A stretch of DNA of 60,867 bases, the filler included, from Sphacelaria rigidula (lineage: Eukaryota): assembly GCA_964200075.2 (NCBI GenBank). It is 4 parts of 4 records of this genome, joined end to end, with 100 filler letters (N's around TTAATTAATTAA, not from the genome) between each part and the next. Parts side by side here need not be neighbours in the genome. Positions count along the whole stretch, not along the records: positions 1 to 15,146 come from CAXNAA020001888.1; 3 more parts are not named here. The stretch is one strand, 5' to 3'. Made by a program: the position numbers and the translations under genes. Under the pieces are notes generated by a model, which worked only from the letters and a program-made list of their open reading frames with translations, did no database searches and was not told the DNA's origin. This document shows positions 1 through 11,787 of the stretch, piece by piece. Position 1 is the stretch's first letter, and each line of letters starts with the position of its first letter.

Positions 1-612
1 GTAGGGATGCGAGGTCTATGGCCTTATGACTATGGCATGCATGATCTCGAGTACACCCCCCTGTTTGTCGCATGCGAGGTCAAGGGTCCTCCGACTATCG
101 TATGCATGATCATGAGTAAACCCCCCCTGTTTGTCGCATTTTGAACCCCTGCTCTTACTCGGGACGAGCACGTGGTCTCAGGGGATCAACCTCTTCTCCC
201 CCCTCCCCCGGTACACGCCTTTGCACTTTGGCCTCGCGGATTGGATCATGACCAACCCTCACTCACGCCCGCACCGCGAACACTATTCTCGCCAAACAAA
301 CTAAAAGTCAAGTCAACCACTTCTTGTTTTACTCACGTACCCACGCTTTCGACGGTGAAAAATCAGACACTGTCAAAAAATGTTTCGACGCATTGGGAGT
401 CGAACTCACGTTCTCTCCACCCAGATGGTGACAGTCAAAACGTAAGACGAACAGAACGTGGCGGCACTTTCTATCGACCGGACTACACATGAATGTTTCG
501 GTGTTCGTGATTCTTGAAACCCTCCTCCACCATCCTCACACCGAGAACGCGCACACAGTCTCGAGAACATCAACGCATCTCCCCCCGCGGAACCCTCTCT
601 TCCGCACTTTTG

Positions 613-818
613 TAAGGGCAGGTCGAGTAGAGAATACTCAATTGTGGAGTATTTTGGAGGACGTACTCGAGGTACTCAAATTAGGGTAGAGTGTTAGGAG
701 ATGTACCCAAAAAATAACTTAAAAGCGATCTCTCTAGAACCCTACCCTGATTTGTGTACTTCGAGTACGACTTTCAAAATACCGCGCAATTGAGTATACT
801 CCTCTCGGCCTGCCCTTG
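613..818. mobile_element. hAT-like (or P-like) MITE, copy 1
   Basis: TIR (T/C)AAGGGCAGGTCGAG...CTCGGCCTGCCCTTG, imperfect pairing over ~45 nt. Perfect 8-bp TSD CACTTTTG at 605-612 and 819-826. Second copy at 25087-25298. Confidence 0.85.
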
Positions 819-1499
819 CACTTTTGCTACTGAGCATTGGGATCAATCAGCAGACACGATAATAATCGCGCAGAGAGCCAGAGGACCGTTTCCATCTTCA
901 TTTTTTCTTGCTTCTTCACTTTCGTCAAAAATAGGAACTTCCTTTTTGTCGGGCGACACGAACTATTACGGTGTATGTGAGACCCCCACCGCGATGACGT
1001 CGGGATCCAGCCCGACGAACCCCGTTGAAAAAAAAGTGGTGATTCAAGAGAGGTGCTTTCATTACAGAGGCAGCAAGCAGAGCGTACGAGTTGACGAGAA
1101 AAATACTCGAAATTCTGGTGACTTCAAAGTCTCCTATTATTTCACGATCAGCGTCCACCGAGAGGGTCTTCGTGTTCTGTAGGCTCATTTGGTTCTCGCT
1201 GTTGTTCTTCTCGAGAACTGAACGGGCGCCGAGGGTCCCGCACTGCCTCGGGCACCGCAGTGCACGCCAAAGGGTTCCGACAACATGTGGGCTATGGCAA
1301 CATGCGTGGTCATTGTCATAACCCTTTGGTGCACACACAGCCAGCAGCAGCACCGTGTTCTAGCTCTCCCCGCGTTGCTGGTACACTGTACCATACCATC
1401 CTCAGTCTAGATCAAGCGATTACGCGAGTTCAAAAGGAAAAGAGTGCGAAGGAGGGGCACATTTCTTGACTTGACGCAATGTACGAGTTCCACGGGATA

Positions 1500-1632
1500 C
1501 AATCTGGAATTTTTCTCAACCCATGCCCAACGGTGGAGAGCGACCATGTCGTGGGTACACCAAAATTCGACTTCACGGTCGACGAGGGAAAGGGTTCCGT
1601 ACCGTACGTGTGTCCTTTTCCTCTCGAGAAAA
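1500..1632 (+). mobile_element. Internal fragment of tRNA-derived SINE
   Basis: Matches the body of the full SINE at 2803-3156 (AATCTGG..TTTT...GTCGTGGGTA...AAATTCGAC...ACGGTCGACGAGGGAAAGGG). Confidence 0.7.
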
Positions 1633-1649
1633 ATGGAACTAAGGGGGGG

Positions 1650-1745
1650 GGAGGGGGGGTGTACTCATGATCATGCATGTCATAGTCATGAGACCATTGA
1701 CCCCGCATCCCTCCAAAGCCGGGACGGAGCACGCCGGGTTTTCGC
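1650..1745. repeat. Dispersed repeat; inverted copy at 1-61, related copy at ~49345-49413
   Basis: The reverse complement of 1655-1712 aligns with 1-61. GGGGGTGT..TCAT.ATC.TGCATGTCAT...CCGGGAC.GAGCACGCCGGGTTTTCGC recurs near 49350. Confidence 0.65.
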
Positions 1746-2802
1746 CGGACCGTCCGGGGGGGAAATATTTTTTTCCTGTACAGAAATGTAAGTGGACATG
1801 TTCAATACACGCGCTGTACGGTACAGTACTTAACTGCTGCACTGCTGTAGTACCGCCCGCCGGTGGGCCCAATATGATGTCTCTGACCAGGACACAGGAA
1901 AGGAGTCAACTTTGTCAGCAAGTTTAAGGCAGTGCCTTGTTCAACTTATTCAGAACCTCAAGCCTCCTTCTTCTATTTGGCCCGCTTTCTCATCAGCGCG
2001 CTCATGCTGTCCCTATCTCGGAACACATTCTGTTGACAAAAATGAACAAAAAATAGCTGCGTAAATGTGGCACAGCTCAGGTGGCGAGGCGCACCATCAT
2101 AAGACCACATGTACTAGGGTCGGAGCTCTCAAGAGCAGGGGGGCGGGTGCGATTACCGAGTCGTCGGGAGGCTTTAATGCGTCGAACCCCCGCACTACCT
2201 TGAGCTAAGCTTTTGAAGGTTAGAGGGGCCCATCCCACATGACTGCCACGAGGCAGTCTAGGTAATCAGCACACGAACTCCCGTGCAGGGTATGTGTCGG
2301 GTCAGGTTTCCTCCCCCTTTCGAGGAAAAATAAATGAATCATCAAGACCATATGTACGCAATACCGTCGATCGCGGATAGGATCCGGAGGCCGCCGCTGC
2401 ATCCGACTCGTACCGTGAAAAAGACGAAGACACAGAGAGAGAGAGAGAGAGCTACCGGTTAGATAGAAGTGCGGTGTAGAGAAGTGAAACCCTGCGTGCG
2501 TGCGTGCTCCTCCGTGTGGAGGTAGAAAGTATCCAAGCTTGTATTTTACAAAGGCATGAAAGAGGAATTGTTTTTATCGGTAGAATATTTTACCCTTCCG
2601 GACCCAACCGGATTGTTCCGAACGTGGCTTGATACCTTGCCGGATACCATACCGAGATGTTCGGTACATATTTCGGTAGGGAATAGTGTGCCAACCAAAG
2701 ATCCCCTACTTCCGGGTATACCCTTCAGAAGACACACAACCTTGAAAATACCAAAATAACAGATGGGGATATCGAGCGGATCAATTTCGCAGCTACAACG
2801 TA

Positions 2803-3156
2803 GCCGGTCGCCCCGGTGGCTCAGTCGGTAACCTCGAAACCTTCTGACGGTTGGGTTGTGGGCTCAACTCGCGGAGCAATCTGGGATTTTTCCTCACACC
2901 ATGCAGTGGAGAGCGACTACTGTATGTCGTGGGTAAACAAAATTCGACTCAACGGTCGACGAGGGAAAGGGACTGTTGAACCCGACTCGCGATAAAAAAT
3001 AAGGGCAAGCACCGCAGAAGGAAGGTGGAGTACTAAAAACAAACAAGAAAAAACTCTTGTATTGACCTTCCTCCTGTGTGACCTCGGCTGATGCGCCCAC
3101 CCATACCGAGAGGTGTAAACCGGCGTCCAGGATAGATGGGGCGACAACACACACAA
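2803..3156 (+). mobile_element. Full-length tRNA-derived SINE (~355 bp)
   Basis: Head GCCGGTCGCCCCGGTGGCTCAGTCGGTAA has a Pol III A-box. The B-box is degenerate here (GGCTCAACTC) but reads GGTTCAAATC in the copies at 16312-16673 and 23051-23408. (CA)-rich tail. At least 7 copies or fragments in the window. Confidence 0.85.
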
Positions 3157-3329
3157 TCACGATCAATATATTTACACGCATGTTTTCTTTATTTTCCAAC
3201 TCGAGCTCTCCAATCATCCAGTTCAGCCTCTTGGGATGTTGTTGTTGTCTTCACATTAAAAAACCGTTCCGATATCTGAGCGGTATATTCGTAGTGGGCA
3301 TCTGATGCGGACGCCTTCCGTGGTTACAG

Positions 3330-3915
3330 GCTAGTACAAAAAAAAAGAAAAAGATTAAAATTCACAAAACGCGATACAAGCAAAACAGGGATAAATAATT
3401 AAGAAGTAAGATAGTACATACGGCTAACCTCAGAAGATCCGGTGCCGCAGGTGGCCATTCGGACTGCAGGGGGTGGCACCCGGCTTTGCAACTCAACGCG
3501 CGACACCAAGTAGAAATGAACACAGGGTCCGACTACGGGCGAGATCCAAGGCCCCAAATACCGCCAACCAAAGAACTAAGAATTGCAGAGTTCCATCTTG
3601 CGGCCTCTCGAAGGACAGCCATACATACAAGCATACCAGGTGTATCAAGACAAGCACTGCATGACATAACGACACCCCTCATCGGGGGGGGGTTCATCCC
3701 CCAACCTCCACTTCTCTGGACCGTCGTCATTGCTGTGCTATTTGGGCTTCGTTGGTCTCTCGTCTAATCGCACGCAGTCGGCCGGCCTCCTCTTGATTTC
3801 TGTACCATGAGGTCATGAACCTCACCGCTCCCTGCAGCACTCCCGCGTGCCACGGCAACCCTCCCTCCTTATTTGCTGCTGAGGTCCATAGGGTGCGGTC
3901 AATTCCGAATGTCTG
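3330..3915 (-). mobile_element. 5'-truncated RTE-type LINE (end of ORF plus putative 3' UTR)
   Basis: Peptide FGIDRTLWTSAANKEGGLPWHAGVLQGAVRFMTSWYR (ORF 3727-3933 -) resembles YGVEVKAAHDSVTAAKNMGNWHLGVEKGTGDFEEA of the RTE fragment at ~59200-59330. 3' boundary approximate. Confidence 0.55.
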
Positions 3916-3925
3916 GTGGTGGGCA

Positions 3926-4135
3926 ATCGCCAAAAACCGCTATACCGACGGTATTCTCGCCAACATCCGGTATAGCCCACACACACCCTCAGAAAAGCTA
4001 CTAATGCAGCCGCCTGATTGGCCACATCCCGCCGTATGCGCATTCTGGCGAAAACACACACGGTATACCTGTTCTTGGAAACTCGATTTGGCTTTCACCG
4101 GTTTTTGGCGATGGTCTCACCGGTTTTTGGCGATC
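3926..4135. repeat. Short inverted-repeat element (possible MITE)
   Basis: ATCGCCAAAAACCG at 3926 pairs with two tandem copies of CGGTTTTTGGCGAT at ~4099-4134. No TSD established. Confidence 0.4.
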
Positions 4136-4220
4136 GAGACAGTAATGCTCAAGTTCCCGGCTAGCCCCAAAAACACACACGTCACCATGTTCTATGTTAC
4201 GTTTCGACGTCTGGCCGTTG

Positions 4221-4374
4221 GAGAGTATAATATCCCGAGTTTCGTTTCGTCTATCCGATCACCTGCCGTCCTGGAGCTTTGCCCGTCAATCCGACAACGA
4301 GCACGCTTTGTCAATCCGTCAAGGAACACGCCTTGTCGATCCGACAAAGCACGCGTTGGTTCCACGGGTTTGAA
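4221..4374 (+). repeat. Left TIR of MULE
   Basis: Inverted match to 15004-15146. Internal GTCAATCCGAC-like motifs at 4249, 4285, 4310 and 4335. Confidence 0.85.
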
Positions 4375-4478
4375 GAGAACCGTCAGTTCAAAGCACACGG
4401 CGCCCTGTGCTGTGTTCACTCCTTGCTGGCTGTCACGAGCTCACGAACCTACGACGGTGGCACCCAGTACGTCCCAAG

Positions 4479-5079
4479 ATGGCCGCCCCTTTCCAATCCT
4501 ACCAAGTCAACAGCGTTGCAATGAAACAGGGATTGCTGTACAATGATTGCAAACAGCTGCGCGCACACTCCGAGCGAGCGTTCCTCTCGACCGGGAGGAG
4601 CATGATTGCTGGCAGGGGCGGCAGCAAGCAAAAGGCGTATTACTGTTCCATGAGAAGATACGACAAAGCGACGAGGACAGAGCTAGGGTGCACCGCCGCT
4701 ATCCGTGCCACCAAGCAATGCACGGGGGATTGGAAGACGTCGTTCGTTGACCTAAACCACGTGAATTGCGCTGGCCGCACGACCACAGCACCCATCAGAG
4801 CGGTGCAGCCTCTCGTGGATGAGACCCTGCCGCTAAATCCGAACATGACGGGCAAAGACCTCAAAAAAACGGTGCAGACCCTGACGGGGGCCGTTTTCTC
4901 GGAACGCTCGGCGTTCCGAGCCCGTTCCAACGTCCGTTTTCTCGGAGCGCTCGGCGTTCCGAGCCCGTTCCAACGTACGACAAGAGGGCGAAGCAGAAAT
5001 CGCGGAAACGTACATATACGTGGAGTCTTATCTCGACGAGCTCGAGAGTCACTCCCCTGGTACGGTGACATACTTGGAG
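4479..5079 (+). pseudogene. MULE transposase exon 1 (MuDR/FAR1-type N-terminal zinc DNA-binding domain), frameshifted
   Basis: MAAPFQ...YYC...GCTAAIRATKQCTGDWKTSFVDLNHVNC. Removing the 43-bp tandem duplication (4891-4976) restores ...ETYIYVESYLDELESHSPGTVTYLE, a MULE 'YL..L...NPG' motif. GTGAGG donor at 5080. Confidence 0.8.
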
Positions 5080-5324
5080 GTGAGGTGGTTATTTCCTTAC
5101 TGGTGGCTGCGCGTGTCCTGTTCTGCTGATCGACTGCAGTTCAAAATTCCGTGTCATCGACTGTTGTACTAGAATTACGATATTCAAGTCTTCGACGCAA
5201 GTCGGATATTTTTGCCAGCACCCGTGATGTCGCACTCGCGCGTATAAGATCATGCTTTCATGCACCCCTGCGTTCGGTGCCCCTTCAATCATTCCGTCCT
5301 CGTCCGCACGTCGCCACAAGGCAG

Positions 5325-5405
5325 AAAGATGTGTCTGGACGATTCAAACGAGCTTCCGTCATGCTGGGGAAGGCAGCACATATCGCTGTGAATAGTGTCC
5401 CGAAG
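5325..5405 (+). pseudogene. MULE transposase exon 2
   Basis: CAG acceptor and GTGAGA donor, phase 0. Peptide KDVSGRFKRASVMLGKAAHIAVNSVPK carries the MULE 'D..GRF.R.F' motif. Confidence 0.75.
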
Positions 5406-6199
5406 GTGAGACAAGACTGAACACGAAGCGAGAGGTGACACATTTGTGGTTCTGAGGGTTGGAGGTTTGTGCCTTGGCCGAGAAATTGCGATACCGAACT
5501 CTCTGGAGATAGTTCACCACCTTTTGTTTTTCAGTATAGAGTGCGTCAGAGTTTTATCCTGCGTCTCGGGTGTGAAGCGCGAAGCACCAGGCAAACCTGT
5601 GCGCTAGTTAGGTGAAGCGTGGGGCGTAAGCGTCCGACGTGTTGGCGTCGGGTTGGACCCCTTCCGTTGGCACGCGTATGACGGGGGACAACACCCTCTA
5701 CTGCACAACCAATGTTGCCTTTATGCAGCTGTCACGAGCACTATAGTACGTCCTTTGCTACAGCGGTCACGACCCCTGAAGATGAACGCCGTGTCGACCA
5801 CCGCAAGAAAAATCCAATGGTTTCTTTTCCGCTTCTACCATGACGCATGCAGCGTGCGAATCCGTAGCTGTGAGCATTTGCGGTCCTCCATTTCTTCAAT
5901 GTGAACACTCACCCTGTTGCGCAGACCCGCGGTCGGAATGTTGAAAAACACACAGGCAAATTGACAATATCATAATATATAATATACCATATACTATATT
6001 TATGCTTGTTCTCCTGAATATATATGATCCATGAATATATTATATGTGTAAATATATATCGAGGGGCAGAATATCATATCAAATAATATATTATATAATG
6101 TAAAAATATATGTTTAATAGACATGCTTATTATGTTATATGTACAGAGTATTTTATATTAAATATAAATGAATATATAAATGAGCAATAGCAAACACAC

Positions 6200-6700
6200 A
6201 CCCCGCAAACCCCACCAGACTTTTCTGATTTTGATGATGTTCGTTCATCAATTTCTTGCAGCAAAGTTGACAGAAAAATATTGAAAAAAAACAGGCTATT
6301 TTTTCGATGAAATGCGCTCGGTGTCTGAGGTCATGGAGACGGAGCGGGCAAAGAGCAGAAGCAGATATAAGAACCGCGCAAATCCCACCAGACTTTCCGG
6401 TTTCTGCCAGCGTTTATTCATCAATTGCCTGTAACAAAATGAATGAAAGAATCAAAACAGTGTTTATTGATCAATTTCTAGCAACAAAGTTGACAGAAAG
6501 ATATGGCGACAAAAGTCGGCATCCTAATTGTCGACAAACTGCCCCCTGGCATCTAAGGTCGTCGGGACAGAGCGGGCAAGCAGCAGAAGCAGATGTACGA
6601 ACCCCGCAGAGCCCACCAGACTTTTCGGTTTGTGCCAGCGTTAGTTGATCAATTTCTTGCGATGAAGGTGACGAAAAATACTGGTGAAACAAATCATGAC
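6200..6700. repeat. Degenerate tandem sub-repeats inside transposase intron 2
   Basis: CCCACCAGACTTT...TCAATTTCTTGC...AAAGTTGACAGAAA unit recurs about three times (~6212, 6384, 6612). Preceded by an AT-rich patch at 5965-6180. Confidence 0.6.
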
Positions 6701-7584
6701 AAATTTCGAAAAAACGCCCTCCGGGAGGGGCGGGGGGGGGGGGCTGTCCGATGTTCTCGGTGCTGCCCTCTGTACCATGGACGGTTCTCAGGTGAAAAAC
6801 CTACGGAGGCATCTGTGTTTGTTTCCTGCCTCGATAACAGGCGAGTGCGCAGTGAGCGAGCAAGGTCAGGTCCCCAGCCATCTCTAAAAAACGGCACGAG
6901 AGATGGACCCTCGGCTTTGGCATTCACGTGTTCTGGGACACATCGGAAACCCCCTAGGAATGAGGTTATCGACGGTGTGTTCTGTAGGATACGGTCTTCT
7001 GTTTACCCGAGGTATTTCCCCGGGTATTCACCGCACCCGACAGTTGTGTGGCTCCTGCAAGATTTTTATACCGGTACCCGACAGTTCTGTTATCTCTGCG
7101 AGCCTCCCGTACCGTTACCGGGGGACACGGATATCCTCTTGCTAAGATACCCGGTTGCGGGTACGGTTTTCTGTGCAACCTCGATACCCTACCCAACAGC
7201 TTCCGTGACTTCTGTATATGAACGTTACCCTAAACCGAGGGGCGGGTACGCCGTAAAAGAGTTACCCGACTGCCGGTACCGGTGTTGTGTAAACCTACCG
7301 TACCGTGCCCGACAGGTTCTGCAACATCTGCAAGATTTTAATACCGGTACCCGACGGTTCTGGAAGTTCAGTAAATAATCCCATGCCCTACAGAACGTAC
7401 CCGTACCCGTACCCGTACCATACAGAACACAACCTTGAAGGTTTTCAATTGTGGTTGGCCACATATCTGAGGTCCCACGCCACCGCAATCACGGTGAGGA
7501 ACAGAAATCGATACCCTCGCATCGTAAATAATATTCACGAGCACACTCCAATACCACGTAGGGTATGGAAATAATATTGACTAC

Positions 7585-7855
7585 AGCAAGTTATTCACGG
7601 TTCGGACGAATCGTCCCCAGTTCGAATCACCGAATCCATGTTTTTTCAGCCCTGATAGCTCGTCATCGAGAAGAAAGTTGACTGCCGATCGAGACGTTCT
7701 GCACGCAATTTTTGCGGCATCCCACATGCTTGGGCTGCGCGCACCTGGGATCCAACGCTGAAAACAGAGTCTTAAGGATTGATTCGTGCGGTACAAATCA
7801 CTTCAACTATACTCGAGTAATTCCAAGACGAATCACAATTCGTCCAACCCTCGCG
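7585..7855 (+). repeat. Dispersed repeat, also at ~22275-22545 and partly ~45735-45805
   Basis: Shared TCACGGTTCGGAC.AATC...TTCGAATC...AGGATTGATTCGT.CG...GACGAATCA...TTCGTCC.ACC. Confidence 0.65.
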
Positions 7856-8534
7856 GAAATTACGAGAGATTAGTTCGTATTTTTGGGCCTTTGAAACAAG
7901 AGGGCAGCTGAAGCTGACGACGTGTAGTACAAACGGCGCAGAACAGTACATATGTCGTCTCTCCTGAAAATGCGAACTGAGATGGACTGTCCCATGAGCG
8001 TGTACGCAACTCCTTTGCACTTCTTACAACGTAGTTCCCTCTTTTGTGGCTAGAATGTAAAAAGATGCTGAGGTCTTCGCCAACAGCAAAAACAAACAAG
8101 GCGTACCCAACCACTCCATCATATATCCCTGTAGTCCACTCGTGCTGTATGCTGCAGAGTTGCGGTAGCTGGGAATTATTTGAATACAGCTTGTGAGGTT
8201 CTGTGAACGAGTGTTATCTGGCGTAGTGGTCTGTGAAATGAAAGTGGAATGCCCGTTCGTGCCCCTCGACCGCCACTTTTCGATCGAAAAATCTCAGCTG
8301 AAATGTTTGTTCACTTTCTTCGCACGCCACCGATTGTGAAACATAGTCGATCCCAGCTACGAGCGTAAACGCGGTGGGCCTGTCAGACCGCCATTTGTTT
8401 TCCCGCATGTTGCCGGTCGAAAATATAGAAGAGTTCACCACGTGATAGTTCAATACAGTTCGCGGAAATTCACGGCTTGTGGACAGGTGTAGTATTGGAC
8501 TGTAGCGTCGACACCGAAACCCGCATCCTTCGAA

Positions 8535-8710
8535 GGGGGCTGTGCTCCTTGCGTGCTCTTAGCGTGTGCAGAACGCATTTTTGTTCACCGATTTGAGGTC
8601 TGGGAAGGCACATTTTGCCTATGAAGTACTGTGCACCCCCCTTGCCAGAGGGTTCTCGGTATGCCTTCGTTGGGGTTGGGGTTAGGGTCAGGGTTAGTGT
8701 TAGTGTTGAT
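8535..8710 (+). repeat. Dispersed repeat ending in telomere-like GGGTTAGGG tract; also ~31040-31210, ~36360-36600, inverted ~36670-36830
   Basis: Shared TGTGCTCC...AACGC..TT...CCCTTG.C.GAGGGT.CTCGGT...CGTTGGG.TTGG..TTAGG. Confidence 0.65.
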
Positions 8711-9179
8711 GTTATTCGAAATGCATCAGCACCTGCACAAACCATAACTTTCCGAGGAATATATGTCGCCCCCGGGTGTATGTGTTTGAGACACTATGCC
8801 ATCCAGACATGAGAAAGGAATCGACGACCAGCGCGCCATCCATTGTTATTTGGCGGCAACGCAATCACCGTCGGTTTCTTCCTCCGCTCCCCTCAGGGGG
8901 TAGAGCCAGCACTCGCGTAGCAGACGGGTGTTGGTGTGCGTGTTTCGATTTTGCGGCACAGCGAGCACGAGCTGCCGTAACCCTACACCTCGTACCCGCC
9001 GAATGCAACGATCACCCGTGGCCGTATCTATCGGGGGGAAAAGCGAGGTCGATTTGTCCAATAGCCCTCTTGTCATCTTTCGTTCCCACGGGCGTTTTCT
9101 CATTACAGTACGTGCCACGGTGTCCCCCCCCCCCCCTGTCTCTCGCGCGAAACACAAAACCCGTCGTTGTCCACGACAG

Positions 9180-9500
9180 TTATTTGGCATGGATGCCGGC
9201 CACTTGAAGGGCGTTTGGAACGGCGTAATGCTCACACTCTCGTGCAAAGACAGCGACAACAAGATCATCCATGTGGCGACAGCAATCGTAGACAAGGAGT
9301 CTGGTGACAGCTACTGCTTCCTCTTGAACGATTGCAAGAGAAATGCCGAGTTCGCCACATTTATCGCTTCTGTGGACACGACAGCCTACACTGACGGGCA
9401 TAGGTCTATTCCGGTGTCTCTCCGGGAGGAAGGGCCTGCCGCCCAGCACCGATTGTGTCTGAAGCATATTCTAGGCGTCGTCAAGCCGCCGGTTGGTTGG
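9180..9500 (+). pseudogene. MULE transposase exon 3 (catalytic D, D and CxxH)
   Basis: CAG/GTGAGT boundaries. LFGMDAGHLKGVWNGVMLTLSCKDSDNKIIHVATAIVDKE...YTDGH...HRLCLKHI is the canonical MULE DDE core. Confidence 0.92.
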
Positions 9501-9655
9501 GTGAGTACAAACGTCGAGGTAACAAGTGAGGCGAAAAGGTTGGGAGCGAGGAACGCCTCGTTATATTGGGTGTTTGCGAGGTGCAGCACATGACTCGAGA
9601 CCATGAAATAATCTGACGAACGCCCATTCCTTTTGTCAACGGCCGTCCCCGACAG

Positions 9656-9876
9656 ACTTGCGTCGGTCCCATCTTCCCACCGCCAGGGCTCCCACGCGCG
9701 CCTATTTCGATCGCGAGATGCACTTCGTGAAGACAGTCAATCGGCGTGCGTACGATGACCTGATGAGAAGGCCGCTGGAGAAGTGGACGCATCACGTGTC
9801 TCGATTAGACACTGTGGTGCTGGATCAGACTACTAGCAACCTCGCAGAGTCGACCATGAACATGGTTGGTGCGAAT
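9656..9876 (+). pseudogene. MULE transposase exon 4 (catalytic E), apparent 1-nt frameshift near 9677
   Basis: CAG/GTAAGA boundaries. TCVGPIF-/-TARAPTRAYFDREM...EKWT...QTTSNLAESTMN contains the TxNxxES motif. Confidence 0.85.
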
Positions 9877-10263
9877 GTAAGACACTCGTGAATGACTACA
9901 GTGCAAATGAGATGATTGAATGTTGAACATTTTTCTGTGGAGGCGGAGCACAGTTTCGACACTTCCCGGTCGAGACACGTTCCACATTGGGCCACAGATC
10001 CCGGGGGGAGAGAAGAGGGATGCGATCAGTTGCCCTTGTATTTGGCTTGCTGTTTTTGTAGGCTTCGAATGTCGCGTCTGACTTTGTTGCCCCGTATCGG
10101 GGCTTTTCTTCTCGCATTTTGCCGTTGGCTCGTTGGCTTCGCGATCCCACGTCGGTTCAACATTTTTCCACGCTGTCCACTTCCCGACCGATACCGTTCA
10201 CCGGTTACGCCGTCTATGGTGGGTGTCTTCCGTTTGTTCCTCAACCTTTTGCCGTTACCGTAG

Positions 10264-10418
10264 GCGAGAGAACTGCCGCCTGCGAAGCTGTTGGAGTCTA
10301 TCGTCGACCACACCGCAGAGAAACTGTACGAGCGATCTACTCACGGCGAAGGGTCTTCAGCCAAATTCACACGTTTCGCCGTCGACCAGTACGAAGACGC
10401 AAGGAAAGAGTCTAACGG
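10264..10418 (+). pseudogene. MULE transposase exon 5
   Basis: TAG acceptor. ARELPPAKLLESIVDH...KFTRFA fits the MULE 'AR.LP...LLE.I' motif. Donor position approximate. Confidence 0.75.
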
Positions 10419-11289
10419 GTACGTGCAAGTTTGCCATTGGATCTTTCCCCGTCCTTGCGCCCATCGAGTCCGTGTGACCTGAGGTGCCGATCCACCGTCG
10501 CATTTGGATCCACAATCGCAGAATCGCCGGAACACTTTTTTCTTCAGTGTAATTCCCATACTCTGGACAAAATATTCTTTTCCCTTAGAGCGGGTTTGAA
10601 TTCCGTTTTTCTTGAGTACGTCTACCATGAGACCACGGCTGGACCCCTGGGGGGGTCAGCTAAAGTGCGACAATCAATCAAAAATCAATCAATGAATAGA
10701 ATACACAGTCAAAAAGTGTACTGCGTACGGTATCGATTATTGCGCCTATTGCAATAGACAATGGATTCCATACTGTACGCAGTACATTTTTTTTACAATA
10801 GGATCTTTTGTCCAGGGTGTCGTAATTTCGACCTCTGCAGCATGAAGAAAGTCCTCACTTTTTTTCTCGTATCAACCTGGAACGTTCGTCTCGATACCAG
10901 GTGGAAGGTTGCCCCGTTCGGGAACAACAGGTGAGAAGTATCGATCGGCACACAATGCCACACTGTGATCCTTTCGTTCGCATCAGGAGGAAGCGAGCGC
11001 CATCTACAAACGTGCTCGTGCGGATTTGCCTTGCGGTACAGAATCCCCTGCCGCCACGTCCCCGCGGCCGCAAAAAGTGAGCAAGTTGCAATTTCGCGCA
11101 CGAGGGATAGTCCCCGTTGGTTCCCATGAATGGTGCAATATGAGCAGGAGGAGGGTAATCAACCGTGAGCGATACGCATGGGTCGTGACGTACTGACGTC
11201 GTCCGGCCGTTCGCTAACACGACGCTGTTGAAACCTTTTATCCCCGCGGCACTGTGCGTGGTGGGTCGCTTTGTCCCTGCTTGCTGCGG

Positions 11290-11462
11290 GCCTTCCATCG
11301 TATGGTGGAAGTGCACTGTCGGCAAATGCGGCCGGTCCGTTTCTGCAGTTTGAATCTCTTTGATATGCTGCGTTATGCTTTTACCTGTCGACATGATGTA
11401 TGCACAGCGTGCGCGTTTGTTGCATTCCGTGGCGAGGTGTGGGAGCCCGACATTCTGCACAG
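11290..11462 (+). pseudogene. Degenerate SWIM-like zinc finger exon of MULE transposase
   Basis: VEVHCRQMRPVRFCSLNLFDMLRYAFTCRH resembles CxC-xn-CxH with one Cys lost, at the expected position after the DDE domain. Confidence 0.5.
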
Positions 11463-11787
11463 GTAGGGATACGGAAAACAGTTGGTTTTGGAGACATTCC
11501 GGGAAATTGCATAGTGCAAGATCCAAAAACGTTCCGTTCGCATCCTTAGCCTTCTTCGATTCTTGGTGCTGTCGTGAATAGCGGAATTGCCGAAAAGGGA
11601 TATTTCTTGTTCATCTACACGGTGATTTTTGGCGTATTACAGTGCCGTTACCACCCCCGTTTAATCCACTTGCACTTCATCGGGAGGTCATATGTGACAC
11701 ATCATTGGGGTGTTGTTTGCGTTTGTCAAGTGCGCCCTCTCTTCCGCTAAATGCCCGGAGACCAACAAGATGGCGAAGGCGATGTAG

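Noticed and set aside
2803-2880. Functional tRNA genes at SINE heads
   Set aside because: A/B boxes are present but there is no complete cloverleaf, and each head is attached to the same ~280-bp body.
3815-4546. 243-aa ORF
   Set aside because: Crosses a LINE fragment, a small inverted repeat and the MULE TIR; a chance open frame.
6593-7378. 261-aa ORF inside transposase intron 2
   Set aside because: Runs through G-tracts and TACCGGTACCCG-type low-complexity repeats; no recognisable domain.
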